Shown piece by piece: positions 19,501 through 27,871 of a stretch of DNA of 34,212 nt. A program made the position numbers and the translations under genes. The DNA comes from a virus (taxonomy: Duplodnaviria; Caudoviricetes): the IMG/VR virus record IMGVR_UViG_3300017716_000389, positions 1 through 34,212 of that record. The stretch is one strand, 5' to 3'. Within the stretch, counting starts at the first letter, position 1, and every line of letters begins with the position of its first letter. The notes under the pieces are model-generated. The model saw nothing but the letters and a program-made list of their open reading frames with translations. It was not told the origin of the DNA and made no database searches.

Positions 19501-19930
19501 AAGATTTTCTGATACTGTTTCTAGTGTTCCAACTTACACGCCGACACAATGGCAATTTGTTTCTGGCTCAGAAGTAATTTTTTGTAATGGCGTAATTGTT
19601 AATGACCAAGATTTTGATTTGGTCGGTAATACTTTAAGTAATTTTCCATCGGTAGTTACAGGCAATTTACAAATATTTCAATTTACGCCTAACAATCAGG
19701 GATTGCCTGCGGGCTTGCCTTCTTTATCTACAATTAACACTGCAATTGGTGTTTCTTCTTACAATTATTCTTATGACGTTAATGCTTTTGAATTGTACAA
19801 TAATGGTTGTTTGTTAAAAACTCCAACTGATTACACTACATCTACAGGCACTTACACTTTAACAACAGCTCCAACATCAAACGTGAACGTACTTAATCAA
19901 CAAACATTTGACAGGACAGGTGCAGCATGA
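16547..19930 (+). CDS. Tail tip attachment / central fibre protein (gpJ-like)
   Basis: LPIVYG, DYLTSTRYGA, LEAGDIVTV..FRI motifs; beta-rich C-terminal domains with repeated NG.LL...DY/F. Confidence 0.88.
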   Translation: MVASLILTAAYMATLQGAIVAFAINLVASAVIARVFAPDAPSFSNGMGSVPNPGNRVTVPPAADNKLPIVYGTAWVGGAITDMTITSNNQQIYYVISLSEVTNTETGGTPDTFTFGDIFYSGKKVIFDGTDLTKVNALRDMSTGLDDTTVNGKINIYLYRNGSSNPVNTANSAINVLSDPNLVYKWDATKLMSNTVFAIVRLTYSVTANVRGLDQIRFQITNSRKAPGDCFLDYLTSTRYGAALTTAQVNTASLTDLNTYSNALINYIDFDGFSQTLKRFQFDGSLDTNQPIMTNLQLMASSCDCLVKYNEITAQWGVIVQQPTYTVAMALDNSNIVSGIQISPTDISNSFNIAEVKFPDGAEQDSFASVTFDLAVINPSLLYPNEPVNKQQITLQLVNGNVRAQLLANRFLESCREDLQVQLTINFSGIQLEAGDIVTVTSSNYGWTSKLFRIAKVTEKFGDDGSVTAALSLLEFNPAVYDDANITQFAPAPNTGLGSPTTFGTIPAPVIGGALPSAPNPSFQVTVTTSTAGIVQYAEIWYSAFATPTAAQRIFAGTTAIQSNGNPYSQSTAMPVVTLTDIPSGNWYFFSRMVNQIASSDFSAASSLLQWRPTTFTYAEKYLIVAYANDIIGTGLSASPTGKSYYGLYNSTNQTFSSNPNDYTWYLAQPTFGTVYFLAYTNRGGRTFSFGIAPATQAAGTGAFVPTTTYDASIWAALAGTINFIDLDLRTGQVTKTATTTTGGGQLVITNNNDGTMVGGLQPILDFGGASSFTGAGTTITIDIYGRVLGLILPDDFNYTSQEFTATAGQTVFTPTRAAQTIAWVNNSSAVIAWQNNTPVVISWLGSKFIVGQNWVFRNGLLLDPISDYTETSASITMNNACVVGEEVAIFSFVPVANSATYANLGIVYSSGSGTSTLTYSNLTHQLIYAGDKITFADTGSPTQYTVASVNYATSQITFTGTFTATAGDSIYRYRAVGSAYPAFSRFSDTVSSVPTYTPTQWQFVSGSEVIFCNGVIVNDQDFDLVGNTLSNFPSVVTGNLQIFQFTPNNQGLPAGLPSLSTINTAIGVSSYNYSYDVNAFELYNNGCLLKTPTDYTTSTGTYTLTTAPTSNVNVLNQQTFDRTGAA

Positions 19931-20766
19931 CGCAAGCATTTAATTTAGGACAGTTAGCTAACAAGGTAAACACTTCAGGGCAACTTGATGCAAGCACAGG
20001 GCTAGTTAATAGTGCGGCAGTTGTTAATGGTGGCACAGGCAGAGCAACATTAGACACAGGTAAGGTATTGCTTGGCGCAGGCACATCACAAGTCAATATG
20101 TTTGCAGGCACAACCACAAACGATGCTCTTATATGGAATGGCTCTGCATGGACATCAAGCCCTATTTCGGTTGCAGGCGGTGGTGGTGGTTATGCTTTAG
20201 CTGCTTATACTTCACCTAGTTCATATACAAAACCCGCATCATTGAAAGCAATTAAAGTTACTGTTGTTGGTGCAGGCGGTAATGGCGGGAATGCGGCATC
20301 AAATCCGGCGGCAGGTAACAGTGGGGGCGGCGGTGGCGGTGGCGGCGCAGCAATTTATTATGCACTCGCGCCTGCATTACCTGCTAGTGCTATTGCAGTC
20401 ACGGCAGGCGCAGGTACTAATTCGTTTGGCGCAATTGCAAGCGCAACTGCGGGTGGCGGTGGTGGTGGTCCTGCTGCACAAACGGCAGGCGGCGCAGGTG
20501 GGGTTGGTAGTGGTGGCTCTTTAAATATTGGCGGCGATGGCGGCGGATCGGGTAGTGCCATTTCGGGTAGTATTCTATTTGGTGGAAAAGGTGGCAGTTC
20601 AATAATGGGTGGTGGCGGCAATGGCGTAGCTGGTAGTTCTGGTGGTGCTGCGGGTAGAAGTTATGGCGGTGGTGGAGGAGGAGCATCAAGACCATTGGGC
20701 ACTTCAGGCACACACACAGGCGGCGCAGGCGCAACTGGCGTGGTTATTATTGAGGAGTTTTTCTAA
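19927..20766 (+). CDS. Glycine-rich tail fibre protein
   Basis: NGGTG repeat, YTKPA.LKAIKVTVVGAGG.GG, GATGVVIIEEF. Confidence 0.8.
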   Translation: MTQAFNLGQLANKVNTSGQLDASTGLVNSAAVVNGGTGRATLDTGKVLLGAGTSQVNMFAGTTTNDALIWNGSAWTSSPISVAGGGGGYALAAYTSPSSYTKPASLKAIKVTVVGAGGNGGNAASNPAAGNSGGGGGGGGAAIYYALAPALPASAIAVTAGAGTNSFGAIASATAGGGGGGPAAQTAGGAGGVGSGGSLNIGGDGGGSGSAISGSILFGGKGGSSIMGGGGNGVAGSSGGAAGRSYGGGGGGASRPLGTSGTHTGGAGATGVVIIEEFF

Positions 20767-20981
20767 TGTTGGCTTTAATATCACCAATGGAAAAAGTTAT
20801 AGATTACTTAGGCAATGAAGGTGTCAGAATTTGCCAAGTTGAATCAGTATCTTTTGAAGTTGCACAACCTTTGTTTTGGACTGCTTGTCAAGATGATTGC
20901 ATAGCAGATCAATGGTATTACATACAAGAGCAATGCAGACCAATACCGCAACAACCAATAGTTGAAGAAATAATAGAATAG
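20766..20981 (+). CDS. Small hypothetical partner of fibre
   Basis: ALISP.E, RICQV, FEVAQPLFW..C.D; TAATG coupling to fibre. Confidence 0.7.
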   Translation: MLALISPMEKVIDYLGNEGVRICQVESVSFEVAQPLFWTACQDDCIADQWYYIQEQCRPIPQQPIVEEIIE

Positions 20982-20989
20982 GATAATAA

Positions 20990-22099
20990 ATGTGCGACAA
21001 GATAAGACAATTTGAAGTTGATCAATATGTGCATTTGAAAGATTTTTTGCACAAAGATTCATGTTTTGAATTAACGCAACAACTTAAATTATTGGTTGAG
21101 CAACAACAAACAACAAAAGATACACAATGCCCATTATCAGATGCGGTTCATGGCGCATCTATATTTGACAAATTACTTGTAGATTTATTGCCACATTTTG
21201 AATTAGCATCTGGTAAAAAATTATATCCAACTTATTCTTATGCGCGTTTATATGCGCCTAATGATGAATTGGTTATTCATACAGACAGGGAATCGTGCGA
21301 AATAAGCGCAACCATTACTTTAGGTTTTGAAGGTGATGTATGGTCTATTTATATGGGCGATGCAGACAAACAAAACGCAAGCAAAATTGATATGGAAATT
21401 GGTGATGCCGTTTTATATCATGGCATGACTAAGCATCACTGGCGTGAAAAATACACTGAAGGCAAATGGCAAGCGCAAGTGTTTTTACATTATGTAGATG
21501 CAAACGGTAAATATGCTGATTGGAAGTTTGATAAAAGAGAAAAGTTAAACTTACCATCAACAGAAATAAATCAGTGGATTTACACAGACATATTAAATGA
21601 TGATGCTTGCACTAAATTAATAGCATCATACGATAAAGAAATTATAGAAAAACAATTGCCTTATATTGGCGATGGCGCAGTTAATACAAACATTAGAAAT
21701 GTTGAACGTATCATACTGTCAACATATAAAGACATTGGCGGCAGGTTAGCTGCGGCAGGATTAGCAGCAAATCATCAAGCATGGAAGTTTGATATTACGC
21801 ATTCTAATCAAGCAGAGTTTTTAAAGTATCCGGCAGGCGGTCGCTATACAACTCATGTGGATACATTCTTAGACCCAACCGCACAAGATTGCCGCAAACT
21901 TACGGTTCTTGCATTTTTAAATGATGACTTTGAAGGTGGGAAATTTTATTTCATGCAAGGACATGAAAAGGTCTATCCATTGCAGAAAAAAGGTACAATA
22001 ATTGTATTTCCTTCATTCATTCCGCATGGAGTTGAGGATATAATTTCGGGAACACGATATTCCGTAGTTTGTTGGATGGTCGGAAAATTCTTTAGGTAA
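20990..22099 (+). CDS. Tandem two-domain 2OG-Fe(II) oxygenase
   Basis: Domain 1 PTYSYARLY, HTD, HWRE, FLHYV; domain 2 HVD, KLTVLAFLNDDFEGG, FPSFIPHGV, RYSVVCW. Confidence 0.88.
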   Translation: MCDKIRQFEVDQYVHLKDFLHKDSCFELTQQLKLLVEQQQTTKDTQCPLSDAVHGASIFDKLLVDLLPHFELASGKKLYPTYSYARLYAPNDELVIHTDRESCEISATITLGFEGDVWSIYMGDADKQNASKIDMEIGDAVLYHGMTKHHWREKYTEGKWQAQVFLHYVDANGKYADWKFDKREKLNLPSTEINQWIYTDILNDDACTKLIASYDKEIIEKQLPYIGDGAVNTNIRNVERIILSTYKDIGGRLAAAGLAANHQAWKFDITHSNQAEFLKYPAGGRYTTHVDTFLDPTAQDCRKLTVLAFLNDDFEGGKFYFMQGHEKVYPLQKKGTIIVFPSFIPHGVEDIISGTRYSVVCWMVGKFFR

Positions 22100-22104
22100 A
22101 TATT

Positions 22105-22287
22105 ATGGCAACGGTGAATGAAGTGGAAGCAAAAGTTAATTCTCACATCGACATTTGCAGCGTTAGATATGAAGGCATAGAACGTGAAATGCGTGGCGTT
22201 AATGCCCGATTAAAAAGATTAGAAACAATTATGATTGGCGGGGCAGGAACAATCATAATTTTATTAATTAATCTGCTTGCAAGATAA
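22105..22287 (+). CDS. Small coiled-coil membrane protein (XhlA/holin-like)
   Basis: H..IC..RY....NARLKRLE followed by single C-terminal TM helix. Confidence 0.65.
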   Translation: MATVNEVEAKVNSHIDICSVRYEGIEREMRGVNARLKRLETIMIGGAGTIIILLINLLAR

Positions 22288-22325
22288 GACACCATAGAAA
22301 CAAAAGGGTAATGCAATGGTGATTT

Positions 22326-22946
22326 ATGATCGAATTAGCGGCAGTAGGGTTGGCGATTCAAGGCGCAAAATTAGCGATTGAAGGCATTAAACAAACCGCA
22401 GAATTAATGCGTGGCACATTTGATGAGATAAACAAATGTGTTAATTCCGGCAAAGAATTATCTGCGTCAATGAAACCCATCACTAAGTTTTTTTCATTGG
22501 CAGGCACATACGAAATAAACAAAACAAAACTAGAAGAAGCAAAACATACTCAAGATATTGCCTTAGAGCAAGGCATGACACTAGAAAACCCTATAAGCGA
22601 TGCTGAATACGTCATAGAAATGATGGCGATTGATAGGGAAATAAAACAATACTATGATCAAATAAAACATTACTTCATTTATCATTTTGATGAAGCAGGT
22701 TTATGGGATGAATTTTGGTCACGCCTAAGTAAACTTAGGGCAGATCGTGAAGCTAAAGCGGAAGAAAAGCGCAGGGCAGAAACAGAAAAGAGATTGCAAA
22801 TTGCTGCCGAGAAAATGAAGGCAAAGCGCAAGCGGCAAAAGATTTATGATTTTTGTTATACGGTTACTGGCGCAATAGTTATAACTGCAATTCTTTATGG
22901 TTTTATTGCTGCAATGATTTGGATGTTAAATCAAGGGGGTTATTGA
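22326..22946 (+). CDS. Hypothetical coiled-coil protein with C-terminal TM helix
   Basis: 206-aa ORF; charged helix followed by VTGAIVITAILYGFIAAMIWML. Confidence 0.75.
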   Translation: MIELAAVGLAIQGAKLAIEGIKQTAELMRGTFDEINKCVNSGKELSASMKPITKFFSLAGTYEINKTKLEEAKHTQDIALEQGMTLENPISDAEYVIEMMAIDREIKQYYDQIKHYFIYHFDEAGLWDEFWSRLSKLRADREAKAEEKRRAETEKRLQIAAEKMKAKRKRQKIYDFCYTVTGAIVITAILYGFIAAMIWMLNQGGY

Positions 22947-23446
22947 TGTTGCCATTACTCGTGCCAATATTAACGCAACTTGCAGGCGCAGGTATGCAAA
23001 AGGTTGTTGATTCCGTACTGGATAAAGGTGTTGCTCATGTTGAAGAAAAATTAGGCATCACATTAACGCCTGATTCTGATGGCAAACTTTCTGATGAAAA
23101 GCTATCGTCATTAAAAGAAGCTGCCATGAAGCATGAAGAATTCATGTTTGAGCAAGAGGTAAAAGATCGAGGTAATGCAAGAGCAATGCATTTAGAGATT
23201 GCAACCAATCCGGCAGTGCATATTGTTGAAAAACTTGTTATGCCTATTCTTGCTTTAGGAATTGTATCAATAGCATTTTTATTGGTTGGCGTTTTAATGT
23301 TTATAAATATTCCTGATTCACAAGAGAACATAGTTATATATGCTTTAGGCTTTCTTACTAGTGCTGCTACTCAAGTGATTTCGTTTTATTTTGGTAGTTC
23401 GCAAGGTAGCAAAGACAAAGCAGATTTATTAGCGACTAAAAAATGA
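22946..23446 (+). CDS. Putative holin
   Basis: ATG 22946 (TGATG coupling); DRGNARAM, two TM helices, SFYFGSS.GSK.K; precedes endolysin. Confidence 0.75.
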   Translation: MLPLLVPILTQLAGAGMQKVVDSVLDKGVAHVEEKLGITLTPDSDGKLSDEKLSSLKEAAMKHEEFMFEQEVKDRGNARAMHLEIATNPAVHIVEKLVMPILALGIVSIAFLLVGVLMFINIPDSQENIVIYALGFLTSAATQVISFYFGSSQGSKDKADLLATKK

Positions 23447-23895
23447 ACCTATCCGAAAACTTCACGCTAGAAGAAATGATTGCCAGTGAAACGGCTGCGC
23501 GTCATCACATTGACCAAACACCATCTAATGAAGTTTTGATGAACCTGCGCCGTTTGGCATTGTTTCTAGAGGATGTACGAAAAGTTTTAGATAAGCCAAT
23601 ACAGATCAGTAGTGCCTATCGTAGTCCATTAGCGAATGAAGCAGTGGGTGGAAAAAAAACCTCACAACATTGTCGTGGGGCTGCCGCAGATATAAAAGTT
23701 AAAGGCATGACACCAGACCAAGTGGTACGAGCAATCATTAAATCCGGCTTGGCTTATGACCAAGTAATTCGTGAATTTTCAGACCCAATTAAAGGCGGCG
23801 GTTGGACTCATGTAAGCATTCCAAATGGCAAAGACCTTGCCCCAAGAAAGCAGGCGTTAATCATCGACAGTAAAGGTTCTAGGGCGTTTGCTTAA
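23443..23895 (+). CDS. Endolysin, peptidase M15A family
   Basis: LSENFTLEE, SAYRSP..N..VGG...SQH..G.AAD, WTHVS zinc ligands. Confidence 0.92.
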   Translation: MNLSENFTLEEMIASETAARHHIDQTPSNEVLMNLRRLALFLEDVRKVLDKPIQISSAYRSPLANEAVGGKKTSQHCRGAAADIKVKGMTPDQVVRAIIKSGLAYDQVIREFSDPIKGGGWTHVSIPNGKDLAPRKQALIIDSKGSRAFA

Positions 23896-24046
23896 ACTTT
23901 AAATCGTAACAGGCTTTGCAAACCCAACGCCTTGATTTGCGGTTATCTGCTATTTTCCAATAACCATTCATTGATGGGCGTGTCATTGTGCAGTTAGTAC
24001 AATATCTGAATGCTTCCATGCTTGTACTTGCTAATTCATAAAGCAT
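23879..24046 (-). CDS. Small CxxC-CxxC zinc-finger protein (55 aa), not in ORF track
   Basis: MLYELASTSMEAFRYCTNCTMTRPSMNGYWKIADNRKSRRWVCKACYDLKFKQTP; TAATG coupling to upstream ORF. Confidence 0.7.
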   Translation of the reverse strand: MLYELASTSMEAFRYCTNCTMTRPSMNGYWKIADNRKSRRWVCKACYDLKFKQTP

Positions 24047-24153
24047 TACTTATCCCTAAAAATATAAACAATCGCAACCGCGCAACCTATTGCGGTTAAT
24101 GATATACCAAAAAATATGCCAGATAAAACGTATATTGATTTAATCCATTCCAT
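24046..24153 (-). CDS. Small single-TM protein (35 aa), not in ORF track
   Basis: MEWIKSIYVLSGIFFGISLTAIGCAVAIVYIFRDK; abuts ORFs on both sides. Confidence 0.6.
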   Translation of the reverse strand: MEWIKSIYVLSGIFFGISLTAIGCAVAIVYIFRDK

Positions 24154-24603
24154 TTATCGATGCCTATTTCTAATTGTTTTTATGGTTGTTTTTGGTGTCA
24201 TTGCTAATTTTTGTTCTAATGAATTGTTTCTTAAATATTCATTTAATTTTTTTTCTTTTTTAACTGTGTACATTGCAGATTTTCTTTCATTTATATCTAA
24301 ACGAGTTGTATTTTCACATTTTAATTTGCTACTACCTAACCAATTTAATATTTTAATGTCATCTTCAGGCTTTCCATCAAATAATTTATCACTTAATGGT
24401 TTTAATTGAATACCTATAAATCTTGCTACCCTTTGTTGAATATAAGAAGTTGTGCGGATTAAATCTTTGTCCAAAATGCAAATATTATATGGTCTTAACC
24501 ACAATCGTAATCTTTCAATTGTTACATCTTTGCGCCATGCTCGAATCAACATGGCATCATAAATTCTTTGCTTTTCTTCTTTGCTTAAAATTTTATTAGG
24601 CAT
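24154..24603 (-). CDS. Basic hypothetical protein
   Basis: ATG at 24603 with AAGGA upstream; K/R-rich. Confidence 0.7.
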   Translation of the reverse strand: MPNKILSKEEKQRIYDAMLIRAWRKDVTIERLRLWLRPYNICILDKDLIRTTSYIQQRVARFIGIQLKPLSDKLFDGKPEDDIKILNWLGSSKLKCENTTRLDINERKSAMYTVKKEKKLNEYLRNNSLEQKLAMTPKTTIKTIRNRHR

Positions 24604-24781
24604 CAAATTTCCTTTGCGATATAGCATTATAAGAATGCAATTCGTCTGCCCAAATTGATTCTTGCATAGCACGAGAACCTGCAACATAACCTAATTCATA
24701 ACTGGAAATTAATAGTTTTTTTTCTGCTTCGCCAAATCCTTTTAAATCTTCAATCAATTTAATAAAATTTTCTTTGTTCAT
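24596..24781 (-). CDS. Hypothetical protein
   Basis: 61 aa; ATGA overlap with upstream gene; YELGYVAG motif common in small phage proteins. Confidence 0.7.
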   Translation of the reverse strand: MNKENFIKLIEDLKGFGEAEKKLLISSYELGYVAGSRAMQESIWADELHSYNAISQRKFDA

Positions 24782-25107
24782 GGTTCACCTATCATTTTTT
24801 TAGTATTAAATAATGTTTGATGTGCGGGATAAGTTTTTTGCCATAACCTTGCATAAAACGCGATAAAGTTATTGCATATTTTAAATTCTTTACCAGTTGT
24901 AACCATATAAACTTCCCAACGAATACGATTAATAATTAACCAATGGCTAATTTTTTTGCGTTTTTTGGCTATGGCTTCAAATGTAAATTTTTGAAAGTAT
25001 TGCCAGACCATAGGATTTTCGCGGTGATAATCTTCCCATTCTGCCAATCGTGCATTGTAAATAGCACGCTCCATTGTTTCTTGTATATCTAATTCTTCTT
25101 GTATCAT
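24778..25107 (-). CDS. Conserved phage hypothetical protein
   Basis: YH.ENP.VW..F; IINRIRWE; FKI.NN..AFYAR. Confidence 0.8.
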   Translation of the reverse strand: MIQEELDIQETMERAIYNARLAEWEDYHRENPMVWQYFQKFTFEAIAKKRKKISHWLIINRIRWEVYMVTTGKEFKICNNFIAFYARLWQKTYPAHQTLFNTKKMIGEP

Positions 25108-25442
25108 TGTAATTTTCCTTCACCTCGTCTATTGGCGTTATAAGTGCGCCATGCTTCAATAGTTGATGTTGCTGCAACCATGCCCCATCGATTTAATTCG
25201 TCTTGATATACGGCATCTTTAAGGGCTTCCAAATGTGTTTTATAATTTTGATGAGTGTAAGCATAAGATTCTTTTTCTAAAATTGTCATGTTTACGCATC
25301 TAACAATCAAATCTGCTTTGACAACTTTTCGATATTCTTCCATGTAAACTTTGTTCGCCCTTGCTTGCGCTGCTTTTGGTGCATTGGTACGCAAATAATC
25401 AAGGGCTTTTTGTACATCTTCATCTGTAATGATTTCTTTCAT
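25104..25442 (-). CDS. Helical hypothetical protein beside ssb (possibly UvsY-like mediator)
   Basis: 112 aa helical; IEAWRT..AN.R; start-associated motif upstream; function is inference. Confidence 0.75.
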   Translation of the reverse strand: MKEIITDEDVQKALDYLRTNAPKAAQARANKVYMEEYRKVVKADLIVRCVNMTILEKESYAYTHQNYKTHLEALKDAVYQDELNRWGMVAATSTIEAWRTYNANRRGEGKLQ

Positions 25443-25463
25443 ATTTCCTCACATTGAATAAGG

Positions 25464-25503
25464 TGGGCTACTCGCTGCACCTTTCGGCATCCGCTTTTGC
25501 CCA
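25464..25503 (-). ncRNA. Candidate structured RNA hairpin with GNRA loop and loop-E-like internal loop
   Basis: TGGGC-AAAAGCGGATGCC-GAAA-GGTGCAGCGAGTA-GCCCA in the intergenic gap after ssb. Confidence 0.45.
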
Positions 25504-25508
25504 TAAAA

Positions 25509-25919
25509 CTAAAATGGAATTTCTGAATCCTGAAAATCATCCGCAGGCTTTGCATTTTGTTTTGGTACTGGTTTATCTGCCGATAATTTACCGCCTAACA
25601 TTTGGAAATTTTCACAGGTGATTTCAAATGCAGTGCGTTCGATGCCTTGTTTATCGGTGTATTTTTTAGATTTGATTTTGCCTTCCACATACACTGCGCT
25701 GCCTTTATGCAAGTATTGTCCGGCAACTTCGGCTGCTTTACCAAAAATGCTAACTCTATGCCATTCGGTTTCCTCTTTCATTTGCCCACTGGCTTTATCT
25801 TTCCACTTGCTTGTTGTTGCAAGGCTAAGATTAACCACAGCATCACCATTGGTTGCATAACGCACTTCAGGTTCTTGCCCAAGATTACCCACTAAAATCA
25901 CTTTGTTTACGGATGCCAT
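25509..25919 (-). CDS. ssb: Single-stranded DNA-binding protein
   Basis: MASVNKVILVGNLG, ETEWHRV, YLHKGSAVYVEGK, C-terminal DSEIPF. Confidence 0.97.
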   Translation of the reverse strand: MASVNKVILVGNLGQEPEVRYATNGDAVVNLSLATTSKWKDKASGQMKEETEWHRVSIFGKAAEVAGQYLHKGSAVYVEGKIKSKKYTDKQGIERTAFEITCENFQMLGGKLSADKPVPKQNAKPADDFQDSEIPF

Positions 25920-26548
25920 TATTTGTTTTCCTCTTTAAATTTTTTGATTGCGCTGCGGATTTTTGAATCTAACTGTGACCATAATGCACTAGTCCAATCA
26001 GCATCTAGTTCAAGGCTTTTGACATACTCAACGCATCCGGCAATGTCATCTTTTGCTGCCATAGCAATTACTTCAACGGCAAAGCTGCGAATTTGGTCTT
26101 GGTCTGCAAGCGGCATTTTGTCGAATACATCTTGCGTCACAGATTTGGCTGCGGCAGGTTTAGGTGCAGATTTGGTTGCTGCATTACCATCATCATCTTC
26201 TGGCGCAATGCCACAGGCTGCCATAAGGCTATATCTACGAGCATAGGTTAATGCGCTGCCGTAACCTTGTGCATCATGTTTAATAGCGGGAACATATAAT
26301 TTACCACTGGTTAATTTTTCGCCTGATTCATGTATAAATATTGTTTCAATACAAACACCATTTTCTGCTTCATGTGAATATTGCATCATAGAAATGCAAT
26401 TATTATTAAGGGCATCTATTACTGCTTCAACGCAGGCAGCAAGATCAGCATATCTTGATCGGAAATGCGGATTAGTTGATGTTTTAAGCGCAGCACCAAA
26501 TTGGCTTTGGGCTTTTACAAATGCTGAACAAATTTTTGTATTACTCAT
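25919..26548 (-). CDS. erf: ERF-family single-strand annealing recombinase
   Basis: NPHFRSRYADL; QGYGSALTYARRYSL..ACGIAPEDDDG. Confidence 0.95.
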   Translation of the reverse strand: MSNTKICSAFVKAQSQFGAALKTSTNPHFRSRYADLAACVEAVIDALNNNCISMMQYSHEAENGVCIETIFIHESGEKLTSGKLYVPAIKHDAQGYGSALTYARRYSLMAACGIAPEDDDGNAATKSAPKPAAAKSVTQDVFDKMPLADQDQIRSFAVEVIAMAAKDDIAGCVEYVKSLELDADWTSALWSQLDSKIRSAIKKFKEENK

Positions 26549-26745
26549 GTGTTTTCCTTCACTTTGATTTTGTTAGGGTCTTTTAAACTTTCAATGCCTT
26601 TGATGCTCAACGTGCGTACTTCTGCCCATTTTTTTTGAATTTCAGGGTTTTCCGATGGTGGTATCCATCCATATAACAACTTCCATCTAATTGTTATATC
26701 GGTAGATGCTCCTGTCCAAATAAATTCACTTGACTTTGTAACCAT
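26545..26745 (-). CDS. Hypothetical protein
   Basis: ATG 26745 with GGAG upstream; STDI..RW...GWIPPSE. Confidence 0.7.
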   Translation of the reverse strand: MVTKSSEFIWTGASTDITIRWKLLYGWIPPSENPEIQKKWAEVRTLSIKGIESLKDPNKIKVKENT

Positions 26746-26750
26746 TATTT

Positions 26751-26963
26751 TTATCTCCCAATTTTTCTTTCTCGCATCATTGCATCGGCTACTGTGTAAG
26801 CATAATCTGCAACCCAAAAATCAACTTCTGCAATTGATAAATCTTTTTGATCAGAATTACTAATAATTGCTTGCATTGCTTTGGCTGCAAAGTAATCGCG
26901 CAAATCCATACCATCTTGATTTTCTGAATGACCATTGTCTGTACTTGTTGGGAATGCTTTCAT
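26751..26963 (-). CDS. Conserved phage protein (GM.LRDYFAAKAMQ family)
   Basis: AFP...GMDLRDYFAAKAMQ...AYTVADAMM; AAGGA RBS. Confidence 0.85.
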   Translation of the reverse strand: MKAFPTSTDNGHSENQDGMDLRDYFAAKAMQAIISNSDQKDLSIAEVDFWVADYAYTVADAMMRERKIGR

Positions 26964-26965
26964 AA

Positions 26966-27076
26966 TTAATTTCCTTCCATATATGCAATTACTAAAAAAC
27001 ATAAAGCAATTACTGCAAATAAAACTTTAGGGTGCTGCGCCAACCAATCATTAGGATTTAATAATTTGTTTAGCAT
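26966..27076 (-). CDS. Small single-TM protein (36 aa), not in ORF track
   Basis: MLNKLLNPNDWLAQHPKVLFAVIALCFLVIAYMEGN; fills gap between neighbours. Confidence 0.6.
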   Translation of the reverse strand: MLNKLLNPNDWLAQHPKVLFAVIALCFLVIAYMEGN

Positions 27077-27483
27077 GGGAATTTCTCCAATGTAAACAGG
27101 TTGCAAAGAACATTGTGCGGGTCATAAATAGACCAGATATTGTAATGGTGGCTGCCTTTGTAATCCCAAATAGCGCATTCATGCCCATCAACCATGAATG
27201 CCCATGAATTGACAACTTTTTCTTCATCATCTTGAATATTAGGTTCAAAACCTAGAATCTCGATAATTTGTTTTTTGGTGTATTTGGAAAGAGTGCCAGT
27301 GCGGTAACTGCCTGACATTTGGATTGGGATAATTTGTATCTCTGCAAACGCTTTATCTGCCCAACTAACTATTTTTGAAACTTCTGTTTGATAGTCTTTT
27401 TGCGTTATTTTATTTGATACTAAATCTTGCGCCAAATTTTGCATTTGTGCTAAAAAAGTTCTTTTGATTTCTGCTTTATTCAT
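27070..27483 (-). CDS. Hypothetical early protein
   Basis: 137 aa; LGFEPN...KV...W...AIWDYK; start-associated motif upstream. Confidence 0.8.
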   Translation of the reverse strand: MNKAEIKRTFLAQMQNLAQDLVSNKITQKDYQTEVSKIVSWADKAFAEIQIIPIQMSGSYRTGTLSKYTKKQIIEILGFEPNIQDDEEKVVNSWAFMVDGHECAIWDYKGSHHYNIWSIYDPHNVLCNLFTLEKFPC

Positions 27484-27512
27484 TTTATTTCCTCACATTG
27501 AATGTTGCTTAA

Positions 27513-27659
27513 TTAATATGGCGCAGTAGCAAATTTAGATAGATCAATTTTAGTTTTGCGTTTGCGTGGTACTTTGCGGGTAATGTGCGGATAGGTTGGT
27601 TTAACCCAAACCCATCGCACAACATTACCTTCATCATCAAGAATGCCGTATTGAATCAT
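27513..27659 (-). CDS. Small basic hypothetical protein (48 aa), not in ORF track
   Basis: MIQYGILDDEGNVVRWVWVKPTYPHITRKVPRKRKTKIDLSKFATAPY; ATGA coupling. Confidence 0.65.
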   Translation of the reverse strand: MIQYGILDDEGNVVRWVWVKPTYPHITRKVPRKRKTKIDLSKFATAPY

Positions 27660-27871
27660 GAGAAATCATAAAATTTATGATAATGCACATCATCATTTTC
27701 GGTAATTTCTTGAACAATAACACCAATAAAAAAGGTGTTATCTTCATTTTCTTCGGCTATACGATCAACGCAATTTTCGGCATCTTGAATATTATCAAAA
27801 GTGCCTTCAACCCATTGGCTGCCAGATTGCACAAAAATAACTTGAAATGTTGTTTTAGCTACTAAGATCAT
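27656..27871 (-). CDS. Acidic hypothetical early protein
   Basis: 71 aa; start-associated motif upstream. Confidence 0.75.
   Translation of the reverse strand: MILVAKTTFQVIFVQSGSQWVEGTFDNIQDAENCVDRIAEENEDNTFFIGVIVQEITENDDVHYHKFYDFS

Noticed and set aside
22853-22945. Cys-containing N-terminal extension of holin as nested o-spanin
   Set aside because: No hydrophobic signal peptide or lipobox; TGATG-coupled ATG at 22946 is the better start
24116-24409. Hydrophobic + strand ORF
   Set aside because: Shadow of the Lys/Asn-rich minus-strand gene within a coupled leftward operon
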